A stretch of DNA of 64,000 nt, taken from Heterodontus francisci (taxonomy: Eukaryota). The stretch lies in contig NC_090404.1 of assembly GCF_036365525.1 (NCBI RefSeq), positions 3,658,001 through 3,722,000 of the forward strand, read 5' to 3'. The notes beneath the pieces were generated by a model, which was not told the DNA's origin, searched no databases, and saw nothing but the letters and a program-made list of their open reading frames with translations. The position numbers and the translations under genes are program-made. Positions 1 through 12,086 of the stretch are shown here, piece after piece; positions within the stretch are counted from its first letter, which is position 1; each line of letters begins with the position of its first letter.

Positions 1-1255
1 AAAACCTGGAAGAATTTTGAACTGTGAGGGTGATAGGGATAAACTTCAAGAGAACATAGACAGGTTGATGGAATGGGCGGACATGTGGCAGATGAAATTC
101 AATGCAGTGAAGTGTGAAGTGATACATTTTGGTAAGAACGAGGAGAGCCATATAAATTAGAGGATATTGTTCTAAAGGAAGTGCAGGAGCAGAGGGGCCT
201 GGGGGTATATGTGCACAAATAATTGAAGGGGGCCGCACCGTTGGGCAGTGGTTAGCACCGCAGCCTCACAGCTCCAGCGACCCGGGTTCAATTCCGGGTA
301 CGGCCTACGTGGAGTTTGCAAGTTCTCCCTGTGCCTGTGTGGGTTTCCTCCGGGTGCTCCAGTTTCCTCCCACATGCCAAAGACTTGCAGTTTGATAGGT
401 AAATTGGCCATTATAAATTGCCCCTAGTATAGGTGGTAGGGAAATGTAGGGACAGGTGGGGATGTGGTAGGAATATGGAATTAGTGTAGGATTAGTATAA
501 ATGGTTGGTTGATGGTCGGCACAGAGTCGGTGGGCCGAAGGGCCTGTTTCAGTGCAGTATCTCTAAACTAAACTAAAACTAAACTAAGGTTGAAGAGCAG
601 GTTGAGAAAGCGGTTCATAATGCATACTGGATCCTGGGTTTTATAAGTCGAGGCATAGAGTGCAAAAGCAAGGAAGTTATGCTGCACCTCTATAAAACAG
701 TGGTTCGGCCTTAACTGGAGTGTTATGTCCAATTCTGAGCACCCCACTTTATGAAGGATGTGAAAGCATTGGAAAATGTGCAGACAAGAATTGTAAGAAT
801 GGTTTCAGGGATGAGGGAGTTCTGTCCTGAGGACAGATCAGAGAAGCTGGCGCCATTCTCCTTATAGAAGAGAAGTTTGAGAAGAGATTCGATAGAGTCG
901 TTCAAAATCACGAGGGGTCTTGACAGACGACAAACTGTTCCCATTGGCAGAAAGATCGAGAACCAGAACACACTGATTTAAGGTGATTGGCAAAAGAACC
1001 ATAGGCAACCAAAGGGAAAACTTTTTTTATGTAACCAGTTATTAGGATATGGAATGCACTAACTGAGTGTGTGCTGCAGACAGATTCAAACATGGCTTTC
1101 AAAGGGGTATTGGATAATTATCGAAAGAGAAAAAAAATGGCAGGGCCACGGAGAAAAGGCGGGGGAATGGGACGAGGTGAGTTGCTCCTGCAGAGACCCA
1201 GGACGGACACGCGGACCGAATGACACCTCTTTGGGGTGTAACCATTCTATGATAT
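1..1255 (+). mobile_element. Degraded CR1 LINE 3' fragment (interrupted by the SINE)
   Basis: Remnants of WQMKFNAVKCEVIHFG and LYKTVVRP.LE.YVQF.APHF. Confidence 0.8.
229..587 (+). mobile_element. tRNA-derived shark SINE (HE1-like) inserted in a CR1 fragment
   Basis: A-box-like GGCAGTGGTTAGC, B box GGTTCAATTCC, CR1-like 3' end and (CTAAA)n tail. Paralogue at ~27909-28271. Confidence 0.85.
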
Positions 1256-1619
1256 GCCAATGAGATACAAATTCGGACCAATCTCTTTGTCGAGAAGATG
1301 CTCCCTTTTTTATTGCGTTAATATTAAGTTAATAATTTTCGACCATTGTGAATACTTTGTGTGCCCAGTGCAACTGCATGTGACAGACTGGCAGGTGTAG
1401 ATACCGAACGGGCCTTTGCCTTGTTAGGCTCACTCTCGTGGCACTTCATTCACACTGCCCGGATTGTACTGGCAGATTCTGCTCAGAAAGGAAATCGGTG
1501 GCCCCCTCCAATGCTCACACGGACAGGCAGAGCTCTCTCCGTTGCAGTTAACATCCAGAGCGGATGCTAGACTCTGAACAATTTGCGTTTCTTTAAAACT
1601 AACTGAGGATCAGAGGTTT

Positions 1620-3105
1620 TTTTAATTCATTTCTTGGGATGTCGGTGTCTCTGGCAAGGCCAGCATTTGTTTCCCATCCTTAATTGCCCAAGTGAAGGTA
1701 GTGCTGAGCTGCTTTCTTGAACCGCTTCAGCCCATCTGGTGTGGAAACAGCAAAAGTGCTGTTAGGGAGGGAGTGCCAGGAAGTTGACCATACGGCACTG
1801 AAGGATCTGCGATATAGTTCCAAGTCAGGATGGTGTGTGGCTTGGAGGGGCATTTGCAGGTCGTGGTGTTCCCATCCATGTGCTACGTTTGTCCTTCTAG
1901 GTGGTAGAGGTCGCGGGTTTGGAAGGTACTGTCGAAGGAGCATTGGTGAGTTGCTGCAGTGCATCTTGTTGATGGAACACACTGCTGCCACTGTTCATCG
2001 ATGGTGGATGGAGTGAATAGTTAAGGTGGTGGATGGGGTATTGATTAAGCGGGCTGCTTTCTCCCGGATGGTTTTGAGCTTCCTGAGTGTTGTCGGAGCC
2101 GTACCCATCGAGGCAAGTGGGGAGTATTCGATCACACTCCAGACTTTTGTCTTGCAGATGGTGGACAGGCTTCAGAAGTCGGTGGCGGGGGTGGGGGGAG
2201 GGGGCGGTGGGGTTAATTGCGACAAAATCCCCATCCTCTGACTTGCTCTTGTAGCTACAGTATTTATGTGGCTGTTCCAGTTCAGTTTCTGGTCAATGGT
2301 AACCCCCAGGATGTTGATAGTGGGGAATTCAGCGAGGGTAATGCCGTGAACAGGAGGTGGTTAGATTCTCACGAATTGGAGATCGTCATTGCCTGGCACT
2401 TGTATGACACAAATGTTACTTGCCACTTATCAGCCCAAGTATGAATGTTCTCCAGGTCTTGCTGCACATGGACAGAGATGGCTTCAGTATCTGAGGAATG
2501 GCGAATGGTACTGAACATCAGACAAACATCGGCGAACATCCCCACTTCTGCCCTTATGATTGAAGGAAGGTCATTGATGAAGCAGCTGAAGCTGGTTGGG
2601 CCTGGGACATTACCTTGAGGAACTCCTGCACCCTTGTCCTGGGGCTGAGATGATTGGCCTCCAACAACCACTACCATCTTCCTTTCTGCTAAATATGAAT
2701 CCATCCAGTGGAGAGTTTTCCCCCTGATTCCCACTGACTTGAAAATGGCTAGGGCTTCTTGATGCCAACGTGACCATGTGCTGCCTTAATATCAAAGGCA
2801 ATCACTCTCACTTCATCTCATGGGGTTCAGCTCTTTTGTCCATGTTTGGACGAAGGCTGCAATGAGTTGAGGAGCTGATTGGCACTGGTGGAACACAAAC
2901 TGAGCATTGATGAGCAGGTTATTGCTGAGTCAGTGCTGCTTGATAGCACTGCCGAGAACACTTTTCATCACTTTGCTGAGTTGACTGATGGGGCTGTACT
3001 TAGCTGCATAGGATTTGTGCAGCTTCTTGTAGACGGGAGATACCTGAAGAATTTTCCACATTGTCGCGTAAATGCCTGTATTGTAGCTGTACTGGAACAA
3101 CGAGG
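1620..3105 (-). mobile_element. CR1/L2-group LINE reverse-transcriptase 3' fragment
   Basis: GVPQGNVPGP...FINDLP...FADV...WADKWQVTF. Paralogue at ~29305-30820. Confidence 0.85.
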
Positions 3106-3339
3106 CTAGGTGCGTGGCGTTCTGGATGTTAGTTGGATCCCCGACGTTCCCGTTAAGCCTGTTATCGTTCCAATGTGGTCAAACGACCAGACTTTCTGCT
3201 CTGTGGGCCTCTCACACCTCCCCTCTCTGGCATGACACATGGAGCCAAGTCCCGGATCATATTGTAGTTTCGAACGTAAATCTACACTGGATTTTTTTTT
3301 CATGAAAAAACAGTTATGTCTTATTTTGAAGGGGATTGC

Positions 3340-4897
3340 CGGTCTTCAGTCAATTCGATTCACTCCACGTGCTATTAAGAAACGACTGAAAGCACTGGAT
3401 ACTGCAAAGGCTATGGGCCCTGACAACATTCCGGCAATAGTACTGAAGTCCTGTGCACCAGAACACGCCTCGCCCATAGCCAAGCTATTCCAGTACAGCT
3501 AAAACAGTGGCATATACCCGACAATGTGGAAAATTGCCCAGGTATGTCCTGTACACAAAAAGCAGGTCAAGTCAAACCCGGCCAATTACTGCCACATCAA
3601 TCCACTATCGATCATCATTAAAGTGAAGGAAGTTGCCGTTGATAGTGCGATCAAGCGGCGCTTGCTTAGCAATTACCTGCTCAGTGACGCTTAGTTTGGG
3701 TTCCACCAGTGCTACTCAGCTCCTGACCTCATTGCAGCCTTGGTTCAAACATGGATGAAAGGGCTAACCACCAGATGTGAGGTGAGAGTGACTGCCCTTA
3801 ACATCAAGGCAGCATTTGACCGAGTATGGTATCAAGGAGCTCGAGCAAAACTTGGGTCAATGGGAATCAGGGGCAAACTTTCCACTGGTTGGAGTCATAC
3901 CTATTGCAAAGGAAGATGGTCATGGTTGTTGGAGGTCAATCGTCTCAGTATCAGTACATCATTGTCAGAGTTCCTCAGGGTTGTGATCTAGGCCCAATTA
4001 TCTTCAGTTGCTTCAGCAATGACCTTCCTTCAATCATAAGGTCAGATGTGGGGATGTTCGCTGATGATTGCACAATGTTCAGCCCCATTCGTAACTCCTC
4101 AGATATTGAAGCAGTCCGTGTAGAAATGCAGCAAGACCTGGACAGCATTCAGGCTTGGGCTGATAAGTGACAAGTTACATTTATACTTCACAAGTGCTAG
4201 GCAATGACTATCTCCAACAAGAGATAATCTATCTATCTCCCCTTGACATTCAATGGCATTGCAATCGCTGAATCCCCCACGAGCAACATCCTAGGTTTAC
4301 CATTGTCCCGAAACTGAACTGGAGTAGCCATATAAATACCGTGGCTGCAAGACCAGGTCAGAGGCGAGGATTCCTGCCGCAGGTAACTCTCCTCCTATCT
4401 CCCCAAAGCCTTTCCACCGTCTACAAGGCACAAGTCAGGGGTGTGATGGAATACTCTCCATTTGCCTGGATGAGTGAAGGTCCAACAACACTTAAGAAAC
4501 TCGACACCATCCAGGATAAAGCAGCCCGCTTGATTGGCACCCCATCTACAAACATTCATTCCTTCCCCCACCGACCCATCTACAAGATGTACTGCAGCAA
4601 TTCACCAAGGCTCCTTCGACAGCACTTTCCAAACCCGCGACCTCTACCACCTGGAAGGACAAGGGCAGCAGATGCATGGGAACACCACCACCTGCAGGTT
4701 CCCCTCGAAGCCACACACCATCCAAACTTGAAATTATATCGCCGTTCCTTCCCTGTCGCTGGATCAAAATGCTGAAAGTCCCGGTACCCACACCCCAAGG
4801 ACTGCAGAGGTTCAAGAAGGCAGCTCACAGGCAAATAGGGGTAGGCAATAAATGCTGGCCTAGCCAGCGACGCTCATATTCCATGAACGAATAAAGC
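3340..4897 (+). mobile_element. Same LINE family in the opposite orientation, RT 3' fragment
   Basis: KAMGPDNIP, MWKIAQVCPVHKK, AFDRVW, VPQG, FADD; ends in GAATAAA. Paralogue at ~31050-32596. Confidence 0.85.
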
Positions 4898-4984
4898 ATT
4901 CAGGTAACACTGATCACAATAATTAACTGATGGTGAACATTAACCGGGACAATCTGCAGCACAGCAGGATTAGGAGTCACTTAC

Positions 4985-5041
4985 CGGCTGTCACGGTCAC
5001 CACCGTCCCGGAACCATCCGCATAAGCAGACTTTTTATCCA
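4985..5041 (-). CDS. NTCRJ: NAR-TCR J segment, cassette 1 (DKKSAYADGSGTVVTVTA)
   Basis: 23-RSS: CACAGTG 5042-5048, 23 nt, ACAAGAACG 5072-5080 (read on + strand). GxGTVVTV motif; phase-1 GTAAGT donor at 4984. Confidence 0.92.
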
Positions 5042-5426
5042 CACAGTGACACCGCTGTCAATCACCTCCGTACAAGAACGACCGACAGTTCAATCTGCCG
5101 GCTGAACATCACCAGACAATCCGCGCTGCCCAATATTCCAGGGATTTCAGATCAGTCGACATTATTCCATGTTTCGTATTCCCCCGCTTCAAACTGTTCT
5201 TTGTGAGACTCTGAGCTCTTCGTAAAATAGCCCAGAAACAGGGGCTGGAGTTGGCGCTTCATATAAACGAAGCAAATGTCAAATAAAGATAACAGAAGAT
5301 ATGAAATTACAATGACATTAACCAGATTACAGCGATAATAATAACAACCCTGCAATTCAGGATTCTGGCACGGAGAATTTATATTTTAATTGTATAGGGA
5401 TATTTGCTCAGGTCTCCCCCACTGTG

Positions 5427-5441
5427 GTTTATCCAAGAAAA
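5427..5441 (-). other. NTCRD: NAR-TCR D segment, cassette 1 (TTTTCTTGGATAAAC), flanked by two 12-class RSSs
   Basis: Heptamers at 5420-5426 and 5442-5448. 3' nonamer GCAAATATC at 12 nt (5399-5407); 5' nonamer-like (G)TCAAATCC(C) at 12-13 nt (5461-5470). Lies between V and J. Confidence 0.85.
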
Positions 5442-5794
5442 CACTGTGCTTCAAATCAGCGTCAAATCCCCCGGTACTTGGTGAGATGTGAGAACGTTAG
5501 TTAAACGGCGGGGGTAGCGGTCCCCGGTTCCAACTGTTAGAACAGGATCCCATCTGGTGTTAGGGATTTGTAAATGGGATCAATCATTCCCAATCGCCAT
5601 TCACTGACACAAATCCTGGGAAAGACATCACCATCCGCACACACTCGGCATTTATAAAACTCAAGATGTTAACAGCAATAATCCAATCTCATTATTAACT
5701 AGACTGTGGAGCAGTCGGTGCGAGGCGGAACTGTGGGGTTTAACAGCAGATTAACTCCACTTTTTCATTTATTTCTGCGATAATCTGCAGTGAG

Positions 5795-5832
5795 AGTTTT
5801 TGTATCGCGGGAAGCCGAGGCCCATCACTGTG
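5795..5832 (-). other. RSS 3' of NAR-TCR V1 (23-class, 22-nt spacer)
   Basis: CACAGTG at 5832-5826, 22-nt spacer, ACAAAAACT at 5803-5795. Confidence 0.92.
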
Positions 5833-6120
5833 TGTTGTACCGGTACTCAGCTTTACAGTAATAGGTGGCGGTGTCTTCAACTCTCACATCCCGAATTTCC
5901 AATGAAAATGTCTTTTCTTCCGTATTCGTCTTCATCAAAAATCGCCCTCCGCTCGAGATCTTCTCCCGTTCTGTCCCGGTCTGGGTTTGTCTGAAGAAAT
6001 CCCCCCTCTTTAAAGGACGAGCGTAAAAACCACCATAGAAAACGCAGTTGATAGTGAGAGACTGACACTCCTTCTTGTTCTCCGATGCCGGGGTCTGTAC
6101 CACTGACTGGCTGAAAGAAA
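5833..6120 (-). CDS. NTCRV: NAR-TCR variable exon (IgNAR-like V), cassette 1
   Basis: Acceptor tttccAG ending at 6121, in frame with the leader. Translation QSVVQTPASENKKECQSLTINCVF...FFRQ...ISSGGRF...KTFSLEIRDVRVEDTATYYCKAEYRYN. VNAR hallmarks: CDR2 region deleted, 'ISxGGR', 'YYCKA'. Extra FR1 Cys as in NAR-TCR V. Confidence 0.92.
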
Positions 6121-6270
6121 CTGGAAATTAAACAGACAGAAAGTTTAATGGGCCATCAGAGCCGAACCACACAACGGGGCTAACACCCCAGAAAGTGACT
6201 GTAATTTGGATGGACTCGGGCAGCTTTATATTAAATCCACACAATGTCGGTGTGTTTGATCGGTACTCAC

Positions 6271-6313
6271 GGGGTAAACAGACACACAGGGCGAAAACAA
6301 GGAGGATTCCCAT
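6271..6313 (-). CDS. NTCRV: Leader exon of NAR-TCR V, cassette 1 (MGILLVFALCVCLP)
   Basis: ATG at 6313-6311; 43-nt hydrophobic signal-peptide exon; phase-1 GTGAGT donor at 6270-6265; TATA-like CATATAAA about 25 nt upstream. Confidence 0.9.
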
Positions 6314-6337
6314 CGTTCTGCTGCCTGGAGCTGATGG

Positions 6338-6440
6338 TTTATATGACGGGGAGCTGGAGACTGCAGTCCTGGACTGCTCTGGGAGACTGGACCTCAGAGC
6401 TGGACTGAAATGCTTTCGGAGTGGTCGAGTTGATTTGCAG
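6338..6440 (-). promoter_or_regulatory. Putative NAR-TCR V promoter: TATA-like box with adjacent CRE half-site and an octamer-like motif
   Basis: Minus strand CCCGTCATATAAA (6350-6338) and CTGCAAAT (6440-6433, 7/8 match to ATGCAAAT). Both are retained in cassette 2. Confidence 0.45.
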
Positions 6441-8434
6441 AGGGCAGTGTCCCGGAGATCATTTATCATTGATGGGCCGCACGGTTCCCGGGTCTCTGGA
6501 TGTGTGTTGTGACTGGTTTAAAGAGGAAACAGTTTTCTATCGCTTCATTGGGTCTATGAACTCGATGTGAAATCCCCTCCCACATTAGTCTGATGTACAC
6601 GGGGTGGGGCTGGGGGAGTTGTTCTGTCAGTAGACGCTGCCGCCCTCCTTTTCCCCACAGTAATGAGCTGGGAGGTCGGTCCATGTGTTTTCCTGGGTGG
6701 TGTTTGTTGAGGGTGGAATGTGGGCTCAGGACACCGGGAGAATCCCCTCTCCCGGCTCTTATTCCAATAGTGCCGGGGATTCTTTAACATCTCCCTGAAC
6801 GAGCTGGCCGGTCCTCAGTTCAAGGTATGGTCGAAGGACGGCGCTTCTCATAGAACCATCGAAAAATTACGGCACAGAACGAGGCCATTTAGCCCATCAT
6901 ATCAGCGCAGGCTGAAAAAAGAAACAAGTCGCCCTTCCAACAACTAGTCCGCAGCCTTGCAGGTTCCAGCTCTTCAGGTGTATATCCAGGTACCTTTTTA
7001 AAGAATTGAGGGTTTCTGCCTCCGTTCTGACACCGTTCCTGGCAGTCAAATCCAGGCACCCACCAACCTCTGGGTGAAAAGGTTTTTCCTCATGTCCCCT
7101 CTAATCCTTCTATCCTAAATCTGTGCCCCCTGGGAACTGACCTCTCCGCTAGGGGAAACAAGTCCTTCCTGTTTACTCAATCTAGGACCCTCAGAATGTT
7201 TTACACCTCAATTAAGTCACGCCTCAGGATCGTCTGTTCTCAGGAACACCACCCTCGCCGATCCAGTCTTTTCTCGCAGCTGCAACATTCAAGCCCGAGC
7301 AACATTCTTGTAAATCTGCACTGTACTCTCTCCAGAGCAATATGTCCTTCCTGTAATGTCTTGTGATGTCCTTCCAGCAATTGAGGCTCAGGTTACAATC
7401 TGAGACAGTCCAGTGTCATTGTCAATATCCAAATAGATATACACATTTTACACTATCCCTGCCATTTAAACGCATGCTCCCTGCAGCGCCACTAACACCC
7501 ACCCCGCACCCAACACCTACCCACCCCCACACCGACCCCCCCCCCCCCCCCACCCCTCCCCCCTGTGGTTTGCATTTAAAATGATGTCTCAATTCAGTAA
7601 TGATTGGCTTCCAGGTCTGTAATATTCAGAGTTTCCAGTTGCAAGGAATAAAGCGATACTCGGAAAGACATTGGGGGAATTCTATGCTTGGTGTTTGTTA
7701 AGATCATCGTCACCAGCTTGTGTAATCTGTACATTGTGGATAAACAGTCTCTGACCCAACAACATTGTCTGATCAAATAAAACCTGTGAACAGGCATCGG
7801 TCAAAAGCTCCAGGAAACCGACAGAAGAGATGGGGAAAGTGCTGCTCAACATTCAGGCAGGCATGGAAAGGGCAGTGAAGGAGCAAAGGGGACTTCAGAA
7901 TCAACGCACGTAACACAAACATGGCCGAATTTACGTCACACTAACATGGCCGATATTTAAATAACCTCACAGCAACGCCGGATGGGCGACCGTAGGGTCC
8001 CAATGTCCACCCAGATACAATTCTCATTTGCTTGATCAGAAACAACTTTAAAAGACCACACACAAACTCTTTGCTTTATACGTAATCTTTGCACAAATAT
8101 TTATCCAATTCCCCTTTGCTTTTGAATGTTATAATTGAATCTCCCTCTCCTACCCTGTCAGGCATTGCATTCCAGATCATAATTGGGTTGTTGGATAAGG
8201 CGTTTTTCCTCAAGACTACAACAAAGACAACTTTTATTTATATAGCGCCGTTAATGCAATGAAGCGTCGCCGCAGCAGGTAACGACAGTGATCTTATTGA
8301 AACATGAATCCTGCAGATGCCAATGTTGTTGAGAACATAATTCACCGTCTGCCCTGTCAGAAGACGGAATATTATCAATGTTAATATTACTCAGATTACT
8401 GCACAGCTCAATGTTACGAGACAACAAGCCCTGA

Positions 8435-8645
8435 AAAGAGCCAAAGACTTGCAGGTTGATAGGTAAATTGGCCATTAGAAATTGCCCCTAGTATAGGTCG
8501 GTGGTAGGGGAATATAGGGACAGGTGGGGACGTAGTAAGCATATGGGATTAGTGTAGGATTAGCATAGATGGGTGGTTGATGGTCGGCACAGATTCGCTG
8601 GGCAGAAGGGCCTGTTTCAGTGCTGTATCTCTAAATAAAAAAAAT
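8435..8645 (+). mobile_element. HE1-like SINE, 3' half
   Basis: Matches 377-570; absent from duplicate copy 2. Confidence 0.75.
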
Positions 8646-9829
8646 AATCGGAGGAAGAAATAATGATTGAATTAATTTCAATCCACACTTCAGGGAGGTT
8701 TTCAAGGCCTTGGAACGTTTGCAGAAGGCATTTAATAGAATTGGGCCAAGACTTCAATTCTGCAGAGATATTAGAAAAGTTTGGATCGTGCCCATAGAGC
8801 AGAGGAGTTTAAATGGAAATTTAATAGTGCTGATGAAGGGTTTTGAAAGTGTTGATAGTGAGATGTTATTTCCACTGGCAGGAGTGTTGGCAACCAGAGG
8901 ACACAGATTTCAGATAGTTGGTAAAGGAAGAAGACAGGAGATGAGCAGCTTTTCTTTCTAATGCACCGATTTGTTATGAGCAGGCATGAAGTTCCTGGCG
9001 GGCGGTGGAAGCAGATTTCAAATGGAAGTTGAATAATTACTTGAAAGGGAAAGATTTTCAGAACTTTGGGGAAAGACCCGGAGGGTGGATCTGATTGGAT
9101 AGTTCTTTCAAAGAGACGTCATGATGGGCCGAATAACATCCTTCTGTGTTGACAGATTTCAGAATTCAATGTATTTCCATTACATCAATCAACAGTTTTA
9201 TAATTGTGCTCCTGAAGTTGGTATTTGTGATATTAGTATATGAAAGTTTAACAGCAACGACATTAACCGTTAGAATAAACCTGTAGATATAAAATGTCAC
9301 CTTAGTTCATTCAGCATTTTAATAGCAATTTGGCTGAAGCAACTAGATTCTGATTTCAGATTCAGTAGATTGTGGATTCAACCTCAATTTCAGTACCTTA
9401 GCATTTTAACCAGGCTAAAATTGGTGCAGTGCTGTAAATGCACTATCTTTCTGGGGACAGTTTGAAGCAATCATCTCTCCCCTTCTATCTGCGCTGACCA
9501 AGCAGAGGAGTGGGACTGACCGAATATCTCCATGGGGGCATGCATGGATTTGATAGGCTGAATGGCCTCCTTCTGTGCCTTAAATGACTCTCTGATTCTA
9601 TGACTCTATGCCTGTTGCGGAGGGCATTACAACTCCCATTGTTCCACACTGTGTCCTGGTCAACATTTTTTCCTTTAACCGAGATCAACACAAATATATT
9701 CACAGGAATTGAGTCACTATGCTCGATTGCTGATATTGATGCGCAATAATCGGCCACGTTCATCTGAAATTAGTTGCACTTCATATACTTTGGTTCCTCC
9801 CGCAGAGTTGATGAGCTCATACATCAATG

Positions 9830-10650
9830 CAAGATGCAGTACTGTACTTGGTCTCACCTTTATCTGTCTGCATCTATTGATGTCTCTCTGTATCACTGTA
9901 TTCTGTCTCACCTTTATCTACCTCCCAATGTTGGTGTCTCTCTGTATCACACATTTTACTCAGTCTCACCTTCATCTATGTTCCTTATTTGGAAGCTCTC
10001 TCAAAGTTTACAGACCAGCACAGGATCTATGGAGGAGGGTCTCACTCAGCTTCAACGCTCCATCGATCAAATCTTCTACCGTTGAAAGCAGACAGCTGAT
10101 GCCCCGTTGGAGGGTGTGGGTGGGCGAGAGGCTGGGGGGCACATTCATCCTTCTGCACAGGGAAATTGCTCAGGTATTCAATCAGAGAGAGGACTGGCCC
10201 ACTGAAGAGAGCCTCATTCTCCTCCTCATGCAAAAATCTCAGATCGCTGATTATTGAGATCAGGGAGGCACTGAGTTGATCCACCATGCGGAGCCTCACT
10301 CATCTGCATAGGGACATTGATCAAAACTTTAAAGACTGAGAGCAGATATGCACTGAGCTGAGTAACATAGAGGACAGCATTCACCCACCTGCACAGGTAC
10401 ATTGCTCGGATCGTTAACCATTGAGTATAGAGAGACAGTCAGCTGATCCACCGTGGGGAACTTCATTCACCTGCACAGTTTACATTGTTAAGATTTTTAA
10501 CCATTGAATACAGACAGTATATGGGTTTATGCACAGAGGGGGCCTTACTCACCTGAATAGGTACGTTGCACAGATGTTAAACTTTGAGTACTTACAAGGA
10601 TACGACTGTTCCACCGTTAGGGCCTCACTTCCTTCCACTGGCACATTGCT
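9830..10650. repeat. Degenerate tandem repeats (CTCACCTTTATCT-containing units, then CACCTGCACAGG units)
   Basis: Recurring motifs; the first block has more units in copy 2 (~36440-36700). Confidence 0.55.
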
Positions 10651-11384
10651 CAGAGCTACCTTTCATTTTATTATTTCATGGTTTTAATCCACTGTTTATA
10701 TTCCTTCTCCATGTCTAGAGCTTTTTAAACCTCTATTTATCTCCGTTACTGTTTCTTTTTCCGATTGCTCGTTTCTCCCCATTTCCAGAATTCCATTCAC
10801 AATCCCCAGATACTCCCTTGGCATAAACATAAGGGAACAGTCATTTCAAACAGATGTTGAGAAAACAGACAGGTAACAAAAAAAAAACAAAGAACAGGTT
10901 AAAATAAAATAATTTTTTGTATGAAATAGGACAATGCAAGTAATGGAATGAAAGGAAGATCTGATCAATGACCCTGTACAGGTGACTGTGTGTTCCCTCG
11001 GTGGATCAGCTCAGTGCGTGTCGATGCTCAATTGTCAAAAGACGATTCCCACATCGCAGCTTTAGACTCAGTTCCCAGCGGCAGAGGGCTGATACTGGCA
11101 CAGGGCAGAAGCCATCGCCCATCCCATCACCACCACCACCCTGGATACAGACAATTCCCCTTGGAGTCTTCCACACCTCGGAGCGGGGTCTGTGATGCAG
11201 AAAGCTGTTACTTGGTAGTTGCGGGGCTCTGCACCGGGCAGAGCGGGGTTTGTGTGACAAGCCTCTGTTATATTCGCGGAAGTTAGAGATATTGACCTTC
11301 AGTCAGGTTGATAACTGTCTCTGTATCTCTAAACTTCCTGACTCACTGCACAGCTGCTGAAAGTGTATTGCAGGACGGTGGTTT

Positions 11385-11720
11385 ATAAAGTGAGGCATGG
11401 TCTGGTTAAGTAACAACTGACATAGGGTCTAACGTGTTATAAAAAGAAAGGGTCTAGTACAGTATAAACAGAGGCAAGATCTAGTGTAATATTAACAGAG
11501 ATGTGGTCGAGTGCAACAAAAACAGAGGCATATTCCAGTGCAGTACTTAGTGAGACAGGTACTCATGTAATATAATCAGAGACCTATTCTAGTGCAGTTT
11601 AACTGAGACAGGATCCAGAGTAATTTAAACAGAGACATGGTCTAGTTCAGTAATAATTGATGGCCTAGTGTAACATAACTAGAGATCGTGTCTGCTGCAT
11701 TAATAACTGAGACCGTCGCA
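11385..11720. repeat. Degenerate ~30-bp minisatellite (GGTCTAGTG.AATATAAACAGAGAC)
   Basis: Recurring motif; paralogue at ~38110-38435. Confidence 0.55.
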
Positions 11721-12086
11721 AGGGTGACCCATGGGTGAAAAGATACTTCTTATGGTGCGAATGGAATTCACACTTCTAACCAGATCATCTTAAACCTGAT
11801 TGTGGCGGCATTAACAGAATGGGTGTTAGCATTTGTAGATCCGACCGGAATCTATATTTTGTTATCTAGGGCACATCGAGTGGGCTGGAGACAGGCTGGA
11901 GAATCCGCTCCCCAGAGGACAGGTGAGCTCACCAATTTAATCCGAGTAGGTTCTGGGAACACAGTGAGATTTAAAACCACAGAGTTTCTGATGGTCAATT
12001 CCCAGATCTGCCAGCGAGTGAAGCTATCTCCAGGCACCTTAGCTCAGCAGTTAATGGCCGACTCGGTGTGCGACTTGTATAATACT

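Noticed and set aside
5152-5355. 67-aa ORF conserved between D and J in both cassettes
   Set aside because: Conservation is explained by the recent duplication; non-ATG start and no recognisable domain.
5833-6313. IgNAR antibody cluster
   Set aside because: Only one D, no C exons after J, and the paralogous J2 is followed by a leaderless V-delta with the matching Cys; this fits NAR-TCR.
9709-10257. 182-aa hydrophobic ORF
   Set aside because: Made of degenerate tandem repeats, and the frame is not conserved in the duplicate copy.
10983-11362. Possible additional V relic (acceptor-like site and CACAGTC), also at ~37700-38080
   Set aside because: No Cys, Trp or YYC motifs recoverable in any frame, and no nonamer.
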